A stretch of 32,000 nt of DNA from Fibrobacter succinogenes subsp. succinogenes S85. Lineage in GTDB: Bacteria; Fibrobacterota; Fibrobacteria; Fibrobacterales; Fibrobacteraceae. The DNA lies in the NCBI RefSeq assembly GCF_000146505.1, contig NC_017448.1, positions 2,580,001 through 2,612,000 of the forward strand, in the 5' to 3' direction. A program made the translations under genes and the position numbers. This document shows positions 16,239 to 25,135 of this stretch, piece by piece. Below the pieces are notes generated by a model. That model saw only the letters and a program-made list of their open reading frames with translations, was not told where the DNA came from and did no database searches. Within the stretch, counting starts at the first letter, position 1; every line of letters begins with the position of its first letter.

Positions 16239-17237
16239 ATGAAGCTAAATGTTTTATATGCGTTAACATTGTTTGTAATGTTTGGATGTAGTGATGATGC
16301 TCCTACGGAAAATATTATTTCTGTGAATTCGTCAGCTTTTGTTGGTGAAAATAAAAAAGATCTCCCTGTTTGCTCTGCGCAAAATTCAGGCCAAGTTGCC
16401 TATGTCGTCGAATCTGGAGAACTTCTTTATTGCGTTGACAATGAGTGGGAATCTTCTATTCAGAATGGCGGTGCTAGAGATACCGTTTATATTGTCGATT
16501 CGTTAAGCGTTGTCAAAAAAGTCTTTGATTCCGTTTATGTCGAGAACGCTAGATATGTGAAGAATTCGTGCATGGCGGAAGCGGATACTTCGAATTATCA
16601 TGTTACAAAAGTTACGTGTGGAGAATCTACGTTCTATGTAGAAAATCGTCTTGCTCATTTAATATCTACTAAATATGGGGAAGAACTGGTTGATTCTCGT
16701 GATGGTAAAAAGTATAGAACGGTTGTTATTGGTAAGCAAACTTGGATGGCTGAAAATCTCCAATACGAAATGTGGGGAAGCTCCTGCGTGTCAGATTCTG
16801 CAGATTATTGCGAAAAATATGGTCGCGTGTACGAGTATGGTGCTTCGAAACAAGCTTGCCCTGAGGGGTGGCATTTGCCGGATAGGTCTGAAATTAAAGA
16901 ATTAATTGCTTTTGTTGATTCCCATAATGGAGCCTATTCGGCGACACAGGATTTAGTTGCGCGTGATGTGTGGCGAAAAGGGGATAAGGCGTATGATGTC
17001 TTTGGGTTCTCGATCTTGCCGGCTGGGTATAGAGATCCCCAAGGACGCGCTTATCCTGGACAGGAAACTGGCTTCTGGATTGCAACTGATGTGGAGGGGT
17101 CTTACTACAATTCATGTTGGCTAAAGGAATTTGGTTCTATTTATACAGCTAACGATAGATACACCCTTCTTGAAAAACAAAACAATTGTGACACAAAAAA
17201 TCAGCTATCCGTTCGTTGCTTGAAAAATGAAAAGTAG
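16239..17237 (+). CDS. FISUMP-domain lipoprotein, copy 2
   Basis: The hallmark LVDSRDGKKYRTVVIGKQTWMAENLQY...CPEGWHLPDRSEIKEL...VRCLKNEK is present. Lipobox: VMFG-C-SDDAPT. There is a 12-nt gap to copy 1. Confidence 0.85.
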   Translation: MKLNVLYALTLFVMFGCSDDAPTENIISVNSSAFVGENKKDLPVCSAQNSGQVAYVVESGELLYCVDNEWESSIQNGGARDTVYIVDSLSVVKKVFDSVYVENARYVKNSCMAEADTSNYHVTKVTCGESTFYVENRLAHLISTKYGEELVDSRDGKKYRTVVIGKQTWMAENLQYEMWGSSCVSDSADYCEKYGRVYEYGASKQACPEGWHLPDRSEIKELIAFVDSHNGAYSATQDLVARDVWRKGDKAYDVFGFSILPAGYRDPQGRAYPGQETGFWIATDVEGSYYNSCWLKEFGSIYTANDRYTLLEKQNNCDTKNQLSVRCLKNEK

Positions 17238-17246
17238 GAGATGGAT

Positions 17247-18143
17247 ATGTATAAATTAATTTTATTGATGCTTTGTTTTATATTATTTGTAACCTCATGC
17301 TCGGAAGATAATACGACAAATACGATTTCTAATGGCGTAGTTTCTTTTTCTTCGAATGAAATTCCTGAATGCTCGTCTGGTTCTGTCGGTAAAATATTTT
17401 TAAAAGATGATACAAAAGAGTTGCTTCTTTGTACGAAGAATGGATGGACTCCCGTGGCTGCGAAAGAAATTTCGCATAAGGATACTGTAGTTTCTAAGTC
17501 CGATACGACGATTGTCGAAAAAGGTTCCGTAAAAACGGAAACGGTTGAATCTTGTGCCGTACAGTATGATTCATCGGACGTGCATCTCGTTAAACTTGAC
17601 TGTGGATCATTCACGGTTGTTGCTGAGGCCGAGAGTAATCGCGAGAGGGTTATAGTTCCTGGAAAGGACTTAGTAGATGAACGAGATTCCGCAATATATA
17701 GAACGGTTGTTGTGGGGTCTCAAACATGGATGAGAGATAACCTTCGCTTAGATGTTGAAGGGAGCTCGTGTGCTTGGGATTCTTGCGGTAAATATTCTAG
17801 GGAATATACGTGGGCTTTAGCCATGACTTCTTGCCCTAAGGGAACGCATTTGCCGAGTAAGGATGAGTTTAAAATATTATTTGATTATGTAGATGCCATC
17901 AATGGAGACACGCCTATCGGCATGGATTTGCGTTCAAGAGTTTATATTGGTGACTATCGCGACCATGGCCTTGATTTCTTTGGTTTTGACGCTCAGGGTT
18001 CAACTGCATATGGAGCTGCGGAATATTGGACATCAGATGAAATTGACGATGATGTGGCTGTATATGTTTATATCCGGGATCCCTATTTTTTCACAGATGA
18101 AGAGAAAACAGACTCTTATCCGGTTCGGTGTATATTGGATTAA
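17247..18143 (+). CDS. FISUMP-domain lipoprotein, copy 3
   Basis: The hallmark LVDERDSAIYRTVVVGSQTWMRDNLRL...CPKGTHLPSKDEFKIL...VRCILD is present. Lipobox: FVTS-C-SEDNTT. AGGAG at 17236-17240 favours ATG 17247 over ATG 17241. Confidence 0.85.
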   Translation: MYKLILLMLCFILFVTSCSEDNTTNTISNGVVSFSSNEIPECSSGSVGKIFLKDDTKELLLCTKNGWTPVAAKEISHKDTVVSKSDTTIVEKGSVKTETVESCAVQYDSSDVHLVKLDCGSFTVVAEAESNRERVIVPGKDLVDERDSAIYRTVVVGSQTWMRDNLRLDVEGSSCAWDSCGKYSREYTWALAMTSCPKGTHLPSKDEFKILFDYVDAINGDTPIGMDLRSRVYIGDYRDHGLDFFGFDAQGSTAYGAAEYWTSDEIDDDVAVYVYIRDPYFFTDEEKTDSYPVRCILD

Positions 18144-18162
18144 ATCGCGGTTCCGCCGTCCA

Positions 18163-18178
18163 TTGACAAAATATCCAT
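18163..18178 (+). promoter_or_regulatory. TTGAC-N6-TCCAT box upstream of the TIGR02147-like gene
   Basis: TTGACaaaataTCCAT, 72 nt before ATG 18235. The same box recurs upstream of the GH genes (see findings). Confidence 0.35.
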
Positions 18179-18234
18179 ACCAAATGTTTACATTGTAGGT
18201 TCCCAGCGGTAAGTTTTAAATATTTTAGATATTG

Positions 18235-19101
18235 ATGGTTACTTTTTCTGACATAGCGGATTACCGCGACTTCTTGAAGGAATTCTACGACAGGCGCAAG
18301 GTCGAGATGCCCTTCTACAGCTACCGCATGATGGGTGATAAGCTCGGGCTAGACTCCAGCTATCTCTATCGCGTATTGCAAAAGAAGCAGCACTTGCCTG
18401 CTCATGCATTACCTGCGGCAAAGGAAATCCTTGCGCTGAGTGGTCGCGAGGCCGAATACTTCGACCTCCTTTATTCTGCTGCTGTCAGCAAGGATAAGAC
18501 TAAGCGCGAAGAACTCATGGCGAAGGCACTCTCGCTGCGCGACGTGGAACGCCATTCTTTGCAGGCTGCTGAACTTAAACTCCTCGAAAACTGGTGGATT
18601 CCTGCGGTACGCGCCTACCTGGAATTGAACGGTGGCGTTGTAAACGTCAAGCAGATTGCCAAAGACATCTGCCCGCCGATCACTGAGGAACAGGCTCTCG
18701 AAGCCATTGAAACTTTGAAGAGCGTCGGTCTCGTGAAGAAGCTTGCATCGGGCAAACTCGCGCTCACCGAAGCCCATTTGACAGTAGGGGGCCCTGAAAA
18801 GGCCAAGGCCGTGCGCAATTTCCAGCGCCAGGTGCTGAGCCTTGCGAGCGATGCGCTCGAAAACGTCCCCGTTAATGAACGTAACATTTCTACACTGACC
18901 CTTTCTGTGGACCAGTCCTGCTTCGAGGATTTGGGCGACATGTTGAGGGAATTCCGCCGTCTGGTCCAGAAAAGAGTGGACGGAGCCAAGAATCCTGATC
19001 GTGTTATGCAGCTTTCTATGGCATTTTACCCGGTTGCCCGCAAAGGAGGGGCGTCGGAAAATACTATAATAGTAGGGGAAGGTGCAGGAGTAAAAAAATG
19101 A
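18235..19101 (+). CDS. TIGR02147-family protein (Fibrobacter 'second' paralogous family; putative HTH DNA-binding N-terminus)
   Basis: The N-terminus ...FSDIADYRDFLKEFYDRRKVEMPFYSYRMMGDKLGLDSSYLYRVLQKKQHLP matches my memory of the TIGR02147 signature (YxDYRxFLxDxYxxRKxxxPxFSYRxF..K.G..S..YL..V..GK..L). The stop overlaps the next start (ATGA). Confidence 0.7.
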   Translation: MVTFSDIADYRDFLKEFYDRRKVEMPFYSYRMMGDKLGLDSSYLYRVLQKKQHLPAHALPAAKEILALSGREAEYFDLLYSAAVSKDKTKREELMAKALSLRDVERHSLQAAELKLLENWWIPAVRAYLELNGGVVNVKQIAKDICPPITEEQALEAIETLKSVGLVKKLASGKLALTEAHLTVGGPEKAKAVRNFQRQVLSLASDALENVPVNERNISTLTLSVDQSCFEDLGDMLREFRRLVQKRVDGAKNPDRVMQLSMAFYPVARKGGASENTIIVGEGAGVKK

Positions 19102-20318
19102 TTAAACGGGCGTGGACATATGGGTTGGCGACGTTGGCTCTGTTCAATGTCGCCTGCGATAGCGGTCGTACCGCTGGATCGTCGATGGAAACGGAAAATT
19201 CCATCGCGGTGCTTGTTCAATTGGCCGATGGCACGCCTGCTGCACGTATGGACGTTATTGTCCGCCCTGAATCTTACTTGTCCGGTGCATCCGAACTCGG
19301 ATTGGACTCCCTGTACCAGTTGCACTTTGAAACCGACGAACAGGGCCGAGTGGTTCTGTCTGATGTCCCGACGGGCTCTTATATAATCGAAGCCCGCAGT
19401 GATTCCCTGAACTTGAAGGGCTTTGAAAAGATTGCCTATGTTGAATCGGATTCGACGACTCCTTTGACAGTCGAAGTCTCGGAACCGACCAAGGTCTCCG
19501 GTCGTGTCGGTCTTCCGCAGTTGGTCCGCCGTTCTGCAACCGTTTCTGTGCAGGGCTTGGACTACCAGGTCCCGATGGATTCCTCGGGCTATTTTGAGTT
19601 TGAATCGCTCCCGAACGGCAATGTCGAAATTGTCGCATTCGTGAACGATGCTGACGCTGACTCGGTTACGGAATATGGCCGAATTGAAGCTGACGTCGGT
19701 GCGCCATCTGGCGAAGGCGCCCTTTACCTCGGTGACTCTGCATACGTCAAGAAATATTTTGTATTTGATGACTTTGAAAATGGCGCAGACGCGTGGGAAT
19801 CTGCGGCATCACTCAACGCGGAGGTCACCTTTAATATTGAATCGGCAGGTCTTGGTCGCGAAGGCAAGGCGGCGCACTTTATCTGTAAACGCGATTCTGC
19901 GGCTCAGTGGGACTGGGCGCTTATCGGTCGTGAACTGGGTGGCTATGTCAACTTGAGCGATCTGGATTCTATCCGCTTCTGGGTCCGCGTCTCAACTCCG
20001 TCGAGAATTTCGTTCTCGTTCGACAGGTTCGTGAATGACGATTCCGTGACGAGTTCCGATAATATCAAGTCTTGGCGCCATTTCGATGCGGATACGGTCT
20101 GGACGCAGTTTACCGTGATTCCGGCGGAACTGGATACGGCTGACAGCAATGGCGGTAACTACGGTTGGGAAGCGGTGAAGGACAGTGTCACAAAGATTGG
20201 CATCTTCGGCGCTATGGATACGGAAGTCTGGGTGGACGATATTGAAGTCTTTGGCTACGGTATCTTTGACCCGTTCGCACCACTCATTAAGAAGAGCGTT
20301 GTCCGGAAAGAAGAGTAG
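19098..20318 (+). CDS. Hypothetical lipoprotein (CarboxypepD_reg-like Ig-fold segments and a C-terminal beta-sandwich, CBM/CIA30-like)
   Basis: Lipobox: LFNVA-C-DSG. The segments GRVVLSDVPTGSYIIEA and GYFEFESLPNGNVEIVA resemble carboxypeptidase-regulatory-like folds. The C-terminal part FDDFENGADAWE...IRFWV...VWVDDIEVFG looks like a carbohydrate-binding or CIA30-type sandwich. The assignment is tentative. Confidence 0.65.
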   Translation: MIKRAWTYGLATLALFNVACDSGRTAGSSMETENSIAVLVQLADGTPAARMDVIVRPESYLSGASELGLDSLYQLHFETDEQGRVVLSDVPTGSYIIEARSDSLNLKGFEKIAYVESDSTTPLTVEVSEPTKVSGRVGLPQLVRRSATVSVQGLDYQVPMDSSGYFEFESLPNGNVEIVAFVNDADADSVTEYGRIEADVGAPSGEGALYLGDSAYVKKYFVFDDFENGADAWESAASLNAEVTFNIESAGLGREGKAAHFICKRDSAAQWDWALIGRELGGYVNLSDLDSIRFWVRVSTPSRISFSFDRFVNDDSVTSSDNIKSWRHFDADTVWTQFTVIPAELDTADSNGGNYGWEAVKDSVTKIGIFGAMDTEVWVDDIEVFGYGIFDPFAPLIKKSVVRKEE

Positions 20319-20330
20319 ATTTATCCACTA

Positions 20331-20346
20331 TTGACATTTTATCAAT
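20331..20346 (+). promoter_or_regulatory. TTGAC-N6-TCAAT box (variant) upstream of GH43 gene 1
   Basis: TTGACattttaTCAAT, 110 nt before ATG 20441. Confidence 0.3.
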
Positions 20347-20347
20347 G

Positions 20348-20376
20348 GACCTGCATCGCTTTGCAGGTCTTTTTTT
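20348..20376 (+). terminator. Strong intrinsic-terminator hairpin
   Basis: GACCTGCA (20348-20355) pairs with TGCAGGTC (20362-20369), followed by 7 T. Confidence 0.75.
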
Positions 20377-20383
20377 GTTGTTT

Positions 20384-20440
20384 GGAGGTAGATTAATAAT
20401 GGATGGATTGGCGGTGTATGGCTGGTCCGAAGGAGTGTGT
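20384..20440 (+). promoter_or_regulatory. Conserved GGA-rich 5' leader with stem-loop, copy 1
   Basis: GGAGGTA-N13-GGATGGATTGGCGGTGTATGGCTGGTCCGAAGGAGTGTGT-ATG. The stem pairs 20405-20412 with 20421-20428. Confidence 0.4.
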
Positions 20441-22672
20441 ATGAACATGAAACGTTTGGCTGCACTGGGCTTATTTGCGGGCTTTGGTGTAAGTGCATTT
20501 GCTGACAACCCTATTTCTAGCTATCACTATCTGGCGGACCCTTCCTGCGCCTCTGATGGTGATACCTTCTACATCTTGACCGATGTGGATGACTATAACA
20601 ACCAGACGAACTGGAACTACGATATTGTCGGCCTTTACGCCTTCACGTCTGAAGACATGAAGAACTGGACTGATCACGGCATGATTTTCCGCTCTAGGCG
20701 TGAATTCGGGAACTATCCGAACAACACCTGGGCTTCGGGCATTGCCGTGAAAAACGGCAAGGTTTACATTGTTTACCCTGATGGTGCAAGCGGCGTGGGC
20801 ATGATTACGGCCCCGGCTATCGATGGTCCTTATACCGACCCGGTTAAGGAAACTCATGGTGTCAATAGAATTGCAGGTGGCGGTAGCTTGATTGGTAGTT
20901 GCGACGGCATTGCTCACTGCTTTGACCCGGGCATCTTGATTGATGACGATGGTAAGGGTTACGTGATTTTTGGTGGTGGCGAAAGCTCTAGCCGCCCCTA
21001 TGGCAACAACTTTGACATTATCAGCTTTACCGAAAGCAATGGCAAGATTACTTTTGACAAGAATTCCCTGAAGAAGGTCTCTTTGCCGAACTCCTTCGAA
21101 GCTCCTTACTTGCACAAGAAGGGGAACATTTATTACTTGAGCTTCAACAACCGTAGCCAGATTATTGACTATGGTATGTCCAACAATATTTGGGGTCCGT
21201 ATACCTTTGTGGGTACGGTCATTCCGGGAATTGGCTCTGTGCCTGATGCTCATGGCGAAGGTGGTAACAACCACCAGGGCTTTGCTCCGTTCAAGGACAA
21301 GTGGTATGCTGTGTACCACGACCGTCGCTTGGTGACGTCGGATAACCATCCGGCTGCAACGACGCAGCAGGGCGTGCGTTCCGAAAATCCGAACTACGAA
21401 AACCACAGAAGCGTGTCCATCGATGAACTCACCTGGAATGGCGACAAGATGAACAAGCTCACCTTCACCCGCGAAGGACCGAAGCAAATCAAGAACTTTG
21501 ATCCGTACAAGACATACAAGGCAACGACGAGTTCCAAGCAGATGAACATCCGTAGCCGTACCGACTGGACCAAGGGTCAGCCGGTGAAGCACGTGCTCTT
21601 GCCGCTTACGAGCCGTAGCGAATCCTGGATCCGCGTGACTGGTGTGGACTTCGGTAAAGGTGCTGAAAACCTCCGCATCAAGGCCGCAAACGTAGGTGAA
21701 GGTAACAAGATTGAAATCCATACGGGTAGCGCGACGGGTACCCTTGCCGGTACTTGCGAACTTGCAAAGACCGCCAATAACATGACCTTCGTGGATAACG
21801 ATTGCGCAATGAAGGGCCTTACGGGCGTTGTCGACCAGGTGTTCTTCGTGTTCAAGAATAATGGCAAGGATTCTACCATGGGGGTTCTCGAATGGGAATT
21901 CCAGGGCACGAAGCGCGAACCTGAACCGCAGACTCCGTTTGGCGGCAAGGCTTGGGCAATCCCGGGCAAGATTGAAATGGAAAACTTCGATGAACCGGGC
22001 TACGGCGCTGGTAACGATTCTTACGCTGATAACGATTCTGATGACCACGGTGCCGAAAGCAATGGTGGCAAGAGTTACCGCGAAGGCACTGGCGTAGATA
22101 TCTACAAGAAGGCTACGGGCTATGTCGTCGGTTACAACCAAACGGATGAATGGCTGGAATACACTGTGGATGTGGCTGCTGAAGGCGACTACACGATGTT
22201 TGCGGCTGTGGCTTCTGCCAATGCAACCTCCAGCTTCAAGCTTTCCATCGATGGCGACGACATTACGGAATCGGTTGCCATTCCGAAGAATGATGGCGAA
22301 GAAAACTATGACGACTATAGCAAGGTGAAGGCGAATGTGAAGCTCCCGGCTGGCAAGCATATCCTCCGCTTTACCGTGACTGGCGACTGGATGGACATCG
22401 ACTACATTCAGTTTGCATCTGGTAAGGATGCCAAGGACCCGGATGAAGGTGGTGAAGTGGCTATCCGTCAGAAGATTCGCATGAATGCGATTGCCGCTGC
22501 AACTTACGACGTGTTTGACTTGACCGGTAAGAAGGTCTCTAGCTTCACGGCCCATAGCATGGACGAAGCGAAGAACATGCTGCGTGGTGGCGCCCAGGCT
22601 AATATGCAGGGCGTGTGCATCATCCGCAACCGTGGTACCGGCATGATGGCTAAGGTCCGCACGACCCGCTAG
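20441..22672 (+). CDS. GH43 arabinofuranosidase/xylosidase-family enzyme + beta-sandwich module + CBM6 + basic C-terminal (T9SS-CTD-like) domain
   Basis: The signal peptide is MNMKRLAALGLFAGFGVSAFA. The GH43 start is DNPISSYHYLADPSCASDGDTFYILTD. CBM6-type segments include GKIEMENFD...GEWLEYTVDV...GDYTMFAAVAS...LRFTVTGDWMDIDYIQF. The tail is YDVFDLTGKKVSSF...GVCIIRNRGTGMMAKVRTTR. ATG 20441 follows AAGGAG. The ORF-track start 20345 lies in the leader. Confidence 0.9.
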   Translation: MNMKRLAALGLFAGFGVSAFADNPISSYHYLADPSCASDGDTFYILTDVDDYNNQTNWNYDIVGLYAFTSEDMKNWTDHGMIFRSRREFGNYPNNTWASGIAVKNGKVYIVYPDGASGVGMITAPAIDGPYTDPVKETHGVNRIAGGGSLIGSCDGIAHCFDPGILIDDDGKGYVIFGGGESSSRPYGNNFDIISFTESNGKITFDKNSLKKVSLPNSFEAPYLHKKGNIYYLSFNNRSQIIDYGMSNNIWGPYTFVGTVIPGIGSVPDAHGEGGNNHQGFAPFKDKWYAVYHDRRLVTSDNHPAATTQQGVRSENPNYENHRSVSIDELTWNGDKMNKLTFTREGPKQIKNFDPYKTYKATTSSKQMNIRSRTDWTKGQPVKHVLLPLTSRSESWIRVTGVDFGKGAENLRIKAANVGEGNKIEIHTGSATGTLAGTCELAKTANNMTFVDNDCAMKGLTGVVDQVFFVFKNNGKDSTMGVLEWEFQGTKREPEPQTPFGGKAWAIPGKIEMENFDEPGYGAGNDSYADNDSDDHGAESNGGKSYREGTGVDIYKKATGYVVGYNQTDEWLEYTVDVAAEGDYTMFAAVASANATSSFKLSIDGDDITESVAIPKNDGEENYDDYSKVKANVKLPAGKHILRFTVTGDWMDIDYIQFASGKDAKDPDEGGEVAIRQKIRMNAIAAATYDVFDLTGKKVSSFTAHSMDEAKNMLRGGAQANMQGVCIIRNRGTGMMAKVRTTR

Positions 22673-22698
22673 AATCTCCAAGAAACACACATCCGTAT

Positions 22699-22729
22699 AA
22701 AAGGGCTTCTCGCAAGAGGGGCCTTTTTT
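22699..22729 (+). terminator. Intrinsic terminator after GH43 gene 1
   Basis: GGCTTCTC (22704-22711) pairs with GAGGGGCC (22716-22723) around a GCAA tetraloop. Six T follow, and an A-run lies upstream. Confidence 0.7.
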
Positions 22730-22752
22730 GCATCCAAATTTTTACGGACTCG

Positions 22753-22768
22753 TTGACGTTTTGTCCAT
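22753..22768 (+). promoter_or_regulatory. TTGAC-N6-TCCAT box upstream of GH43 gene 2
   Basis: TTGACgttttgTCCAT, 109 nt before ATG 22862. Confidence 0.35.
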
Positions 22769-22805
22769 AAATCTTTTGGCGTGTTCAGGGCTGTTTTGTT
22801 TTTTT

Positions 22806-22861
22806 GGAGGTACTTTTAGATTGGATGGATTGACGGTGTATGGTCGATCCTAAGGAGTGTT
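22806..22861 (+). promoter_or_regulatory. Conserved GGA-rich 5' leader with stem-loop, copy 2
   Basis: GGAGGTA-N11-GGATGGATTGACGGTGTATGGTCGATCCTAAGGAGTGTT-ATG. The stem pairs 22827-22834 with 22843-22850. Confidence 0.4.
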
Positions 22862-25084
22862 ATGAAACTACTTAAGAAAGTAACGATGTTTGGACTCTTG
22901 GCGGGCTTTGGAGTAAGCGCGCTTGCCGATAACCCAATTTCTACTTACCACTACTTGGCTGACCCGGGTGCAGCCGCCGACGATGATTACTTCTACATCA
23001 TCACGGACTCCGATGACCCGGCGCCTGCTAATTCTAACGGTTACAAGATTTACGCCCTTTATGCATTCCGCAGTAGGGATATGCAAAACTGGACCGACTA
23101 CGGTATTATTTACGATGCCCGCAAGGTAAGTGGCATTAACGACATTTGGGCTTCTGGCATTGCTGTTCATAACGGTACGTTCTATATCGTGTTCCCGGAT
23201 GGCGGTGGCGGCGGTATCGGCTATATCAAGGCTCCTGCAATTGAAGGCCCGTGGACAAACGCTGTGGGCCAGGGCAAGGATAAGCTTGTTGGTGGCCGTG
23301 GCATTATCGGTTGCGATGGCGTTTCCTGGTGCTTTGACCCGGGTATCTTTATCGATGACGACGGAACCACCTACGTGACATGGGGCGGCGGCGAAAGCAC
23401 TAGCCGTCCAAACACTGATAACTTCGACATTGTCAAGTTGAACGATGCCAAGAACGCCCCGGTGGGCAACGGTTCCCATGTGAAGGTGAACAACTTGCCG
23501 ACCCGCAAAATGCTCGAAGCTTCTTACATCCACAAGCACAAGGGTACTTACTACTTCTCTTACAGTACTGGCTGGCAGCAGGGCGCTCCGACGATTGACT
23601 ATGGCACATCTAACAACGTAATGGGTCCTTACACCTGGAAGGGTACGATTCTCGGTGATCCGAGCATGAACGGTCGTAGCATCAACGGCAACAATAACCA
23701 CCATGGTATTGCCGAATTCAAGGGCCACTCTTATGTTGTCTATCATGACCGCCGTATTGCCAAGGGCCATAACGGCCTGGAAATTATTCCGGCCGATGAC
23801 GGTCAGCCGAAACCGAACGAAGGCTATCACCGTAGCGTTTCCGTAGACGAAATGTTCTACAATGCTGACGGCACCATTCAGACGGTGAAGGTGACGGATG
23901 AAGGTCCGGCACAGATTGAAAACTTTGACCCGTACGATTGGTATCCGGCACTCACGAGCTCCAAGCAGAAGGGCATCCGCAGCCGCTCTAACTTTGTGCA
24001 GGGCAAGGCTGCCGAACACGTGTTGCTCCCGCTTTCCTCTAAGGAATCCTGGCTCCGCGTTTCGGGTGTTGATTTTGGTACGGCTGCAACGGGCTTCACA
24101 GTCGAAGCTGCAAGCGCTGCCGATAACAACAAGATTGAAATCCGCACTGGTTCTGCAACGGGTACGCTCGCTGGTACTTGCACGCTCAAGAATACTGGCA
24201 ACAAGAATACCTATGCCGAAAACAAGTGCGAAGTTGAAGGCCTCAAGGGCATTGTAAAGCAGTTGTTCCTCGTGTTCAAGGGCGACAGGGACTCTACCAT
24301 GGCTATCAAGGCTTGGGGTTTCGAAGGCAGTGGCACGACTCCGCCGGAACCGCAGAAGCCGTTTAGCGGCAAGGCTTGGGAAATTCCGGGCAAGATTGAA
24401 ATGGAAGACTTCGACATTCCGGGTTCTGGCCGCGGTAGTGAAATCAAGTCCTACAGCGAAAACGATTCCGAAGACCATGGCATCGAAAATGGTGGCAAGA
24501 GCTACCGCGAAGACACTGGCGTCGATATCTACAAGAAGGCTACAGGCTATGTCGTGGGCTACAACCAGTCCGGCGAATGGCTTGAATACACCGTGAACGT
24601 GAAGGAAGCTGGCGACTACACGATGTTTGCATCTGTGGCTACGGACAATTCCACGGCTAGCTTTACGCTTTCCATTGACGATAAGTCCATCGCTGAAGTC
24701 CCGGTTTCCGGCGATAGCTGGGATGACTTTGTGAAGGTCAAGGCGAACGTGACGCTCCCGGCCGGTGAACATGTCCTGCGCTTCACTGTTACGGGCGACT
24801 GGTTCGATATCGACTATATGACGTTTGCTAAAGGGAAGGACGCTAAGGATCCGGACGACGAAACGATTGGTATCAAGGGCTTCAGGGTGCTTGGTGCAGA
24901 TGCAGTCGCAAACTTCGACGTGTTCGACTTGACCGGCAAGAAGGTTTCTAGCTTCACGGCCCGCAATATCCACGAAGCCAAGAAGCTCTGGCGCGAAAAT
25001 CCGCAGTCCAGGAATGTGCAGGGCGTTTGCATCATCCGTAACCGTTACAACGGCGCGGTGGCAAGAGTCCGCACCACTCGCTAA
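22862..25084 (+). CDS. GH43-family enzyme + beta-sandwich module + CBM6 + basic C-terminal domain (paralog 2)
   Basis: The sequence includes MKLLKKVTMFGLLAGFGVSALA-DNPISTYHYLADPGAAADDDYFYIITD, then the CBM6 segments GKIEMEDFD...GEWLEYTVNVKEAGDYTMFASVAT...LRFTVTGDWFDIDYMTF. The tail is FDVFDLTGKKVSSF...GVCIIRNRYNGAVARVRTTR. Confidence 0.9.
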   Translation: MKLLKKVTMFGLLAGFGVSALADNPISTYHYLADPGAAADDDYFYIITDSDDPAPANSNGYKIYALYAFRSRDMQNWTDYGIIYDARKVSGINDIWASGIAVHNGTFYIVFPDGGGGGIGYIKAPAIEGPWTNAVGQGKDKLVGGRGIIGCDGVSWCFDPGIFIDDDGTTYVTWGGGESTSRPNTDNFDIVKLNDAKNAPVGNGSHVKVNNLPTRKMLEASYIHKHKGTYYFSYSTGWQQGAPTIDYGTSNNVMGPYTWKGTILGDPSMNGRSINGNNNHHGIAEFKGHSYVVYHDRRIAKGHNGLEIIPADDGQPKPNEGYHRSVSVDEMFYNADGTIQTVKVTDEGPAQIENFDPYDWYPALTSSKQKGIRSRSNFVQGKAAEHVLLPLSSKESWLRVSGVDFGTAATGFTVEAASAADNNKIEIRTGSATGTLAGTCTLKNTGNKNTYAENKCEVEGLKGIVKQLFLVFKGDRDSTMAIKAWGFEGSGTTPPEPQKPFSGKAWEIPGKIEMEDFDIPGSGRGSEIKSYSENDSEDHGIENGGKSYREDTGVDIYKKATGYVVGYNQSGEWLEYTVNVKEAGDYTMFASVATDNSTASFTLSIDDKSIAEVPVSGDSWDDFVKVKANVTLPAGEHVLRFTVTGDWFDIDYMTFAKGKDAKDPDDETIGIKGFRVLGADAVANFDVFDLTGKKVSSFTARNIHEAKKLWRENPQSRNVQGVCIIRNRYNGAVARVRTTR

Positions 25085-25118
25085 GCCTCTCTCGTCTTTC
25101 GTCTCTAGTCTAAACCTA

Positions 25119-25134
25119 TTGACTTTTTGTCCAT
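25119..25134 (+). promoter_or_regulatory. TTGAC-N6-TCCAT box upstream of GH43 gene 3
   Basis: TTGACtttttgTCCAT, 113 nt before ATG 25232. Confidence 0.35.
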
Positions 25135-25135
25135 G

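Noticed and set aside
20321-20329. DnaA-box-like TTATCCACT.
   Set aside because: It is a single 8/9 match sitting between a stop codon and a terminator, with no companion boxes or AT-rich unwinding element.
20345-20440. N-terminal extension of GH43 gene 1 (MDLHRFAGLF...).
   Set aside because: It runs through the terminator hairpin and the conserved leader. The paralogs start at the equivalent of ATG 20441, which has an AAGGAG Shine-Dalgarno and begins a proper signal peptide.
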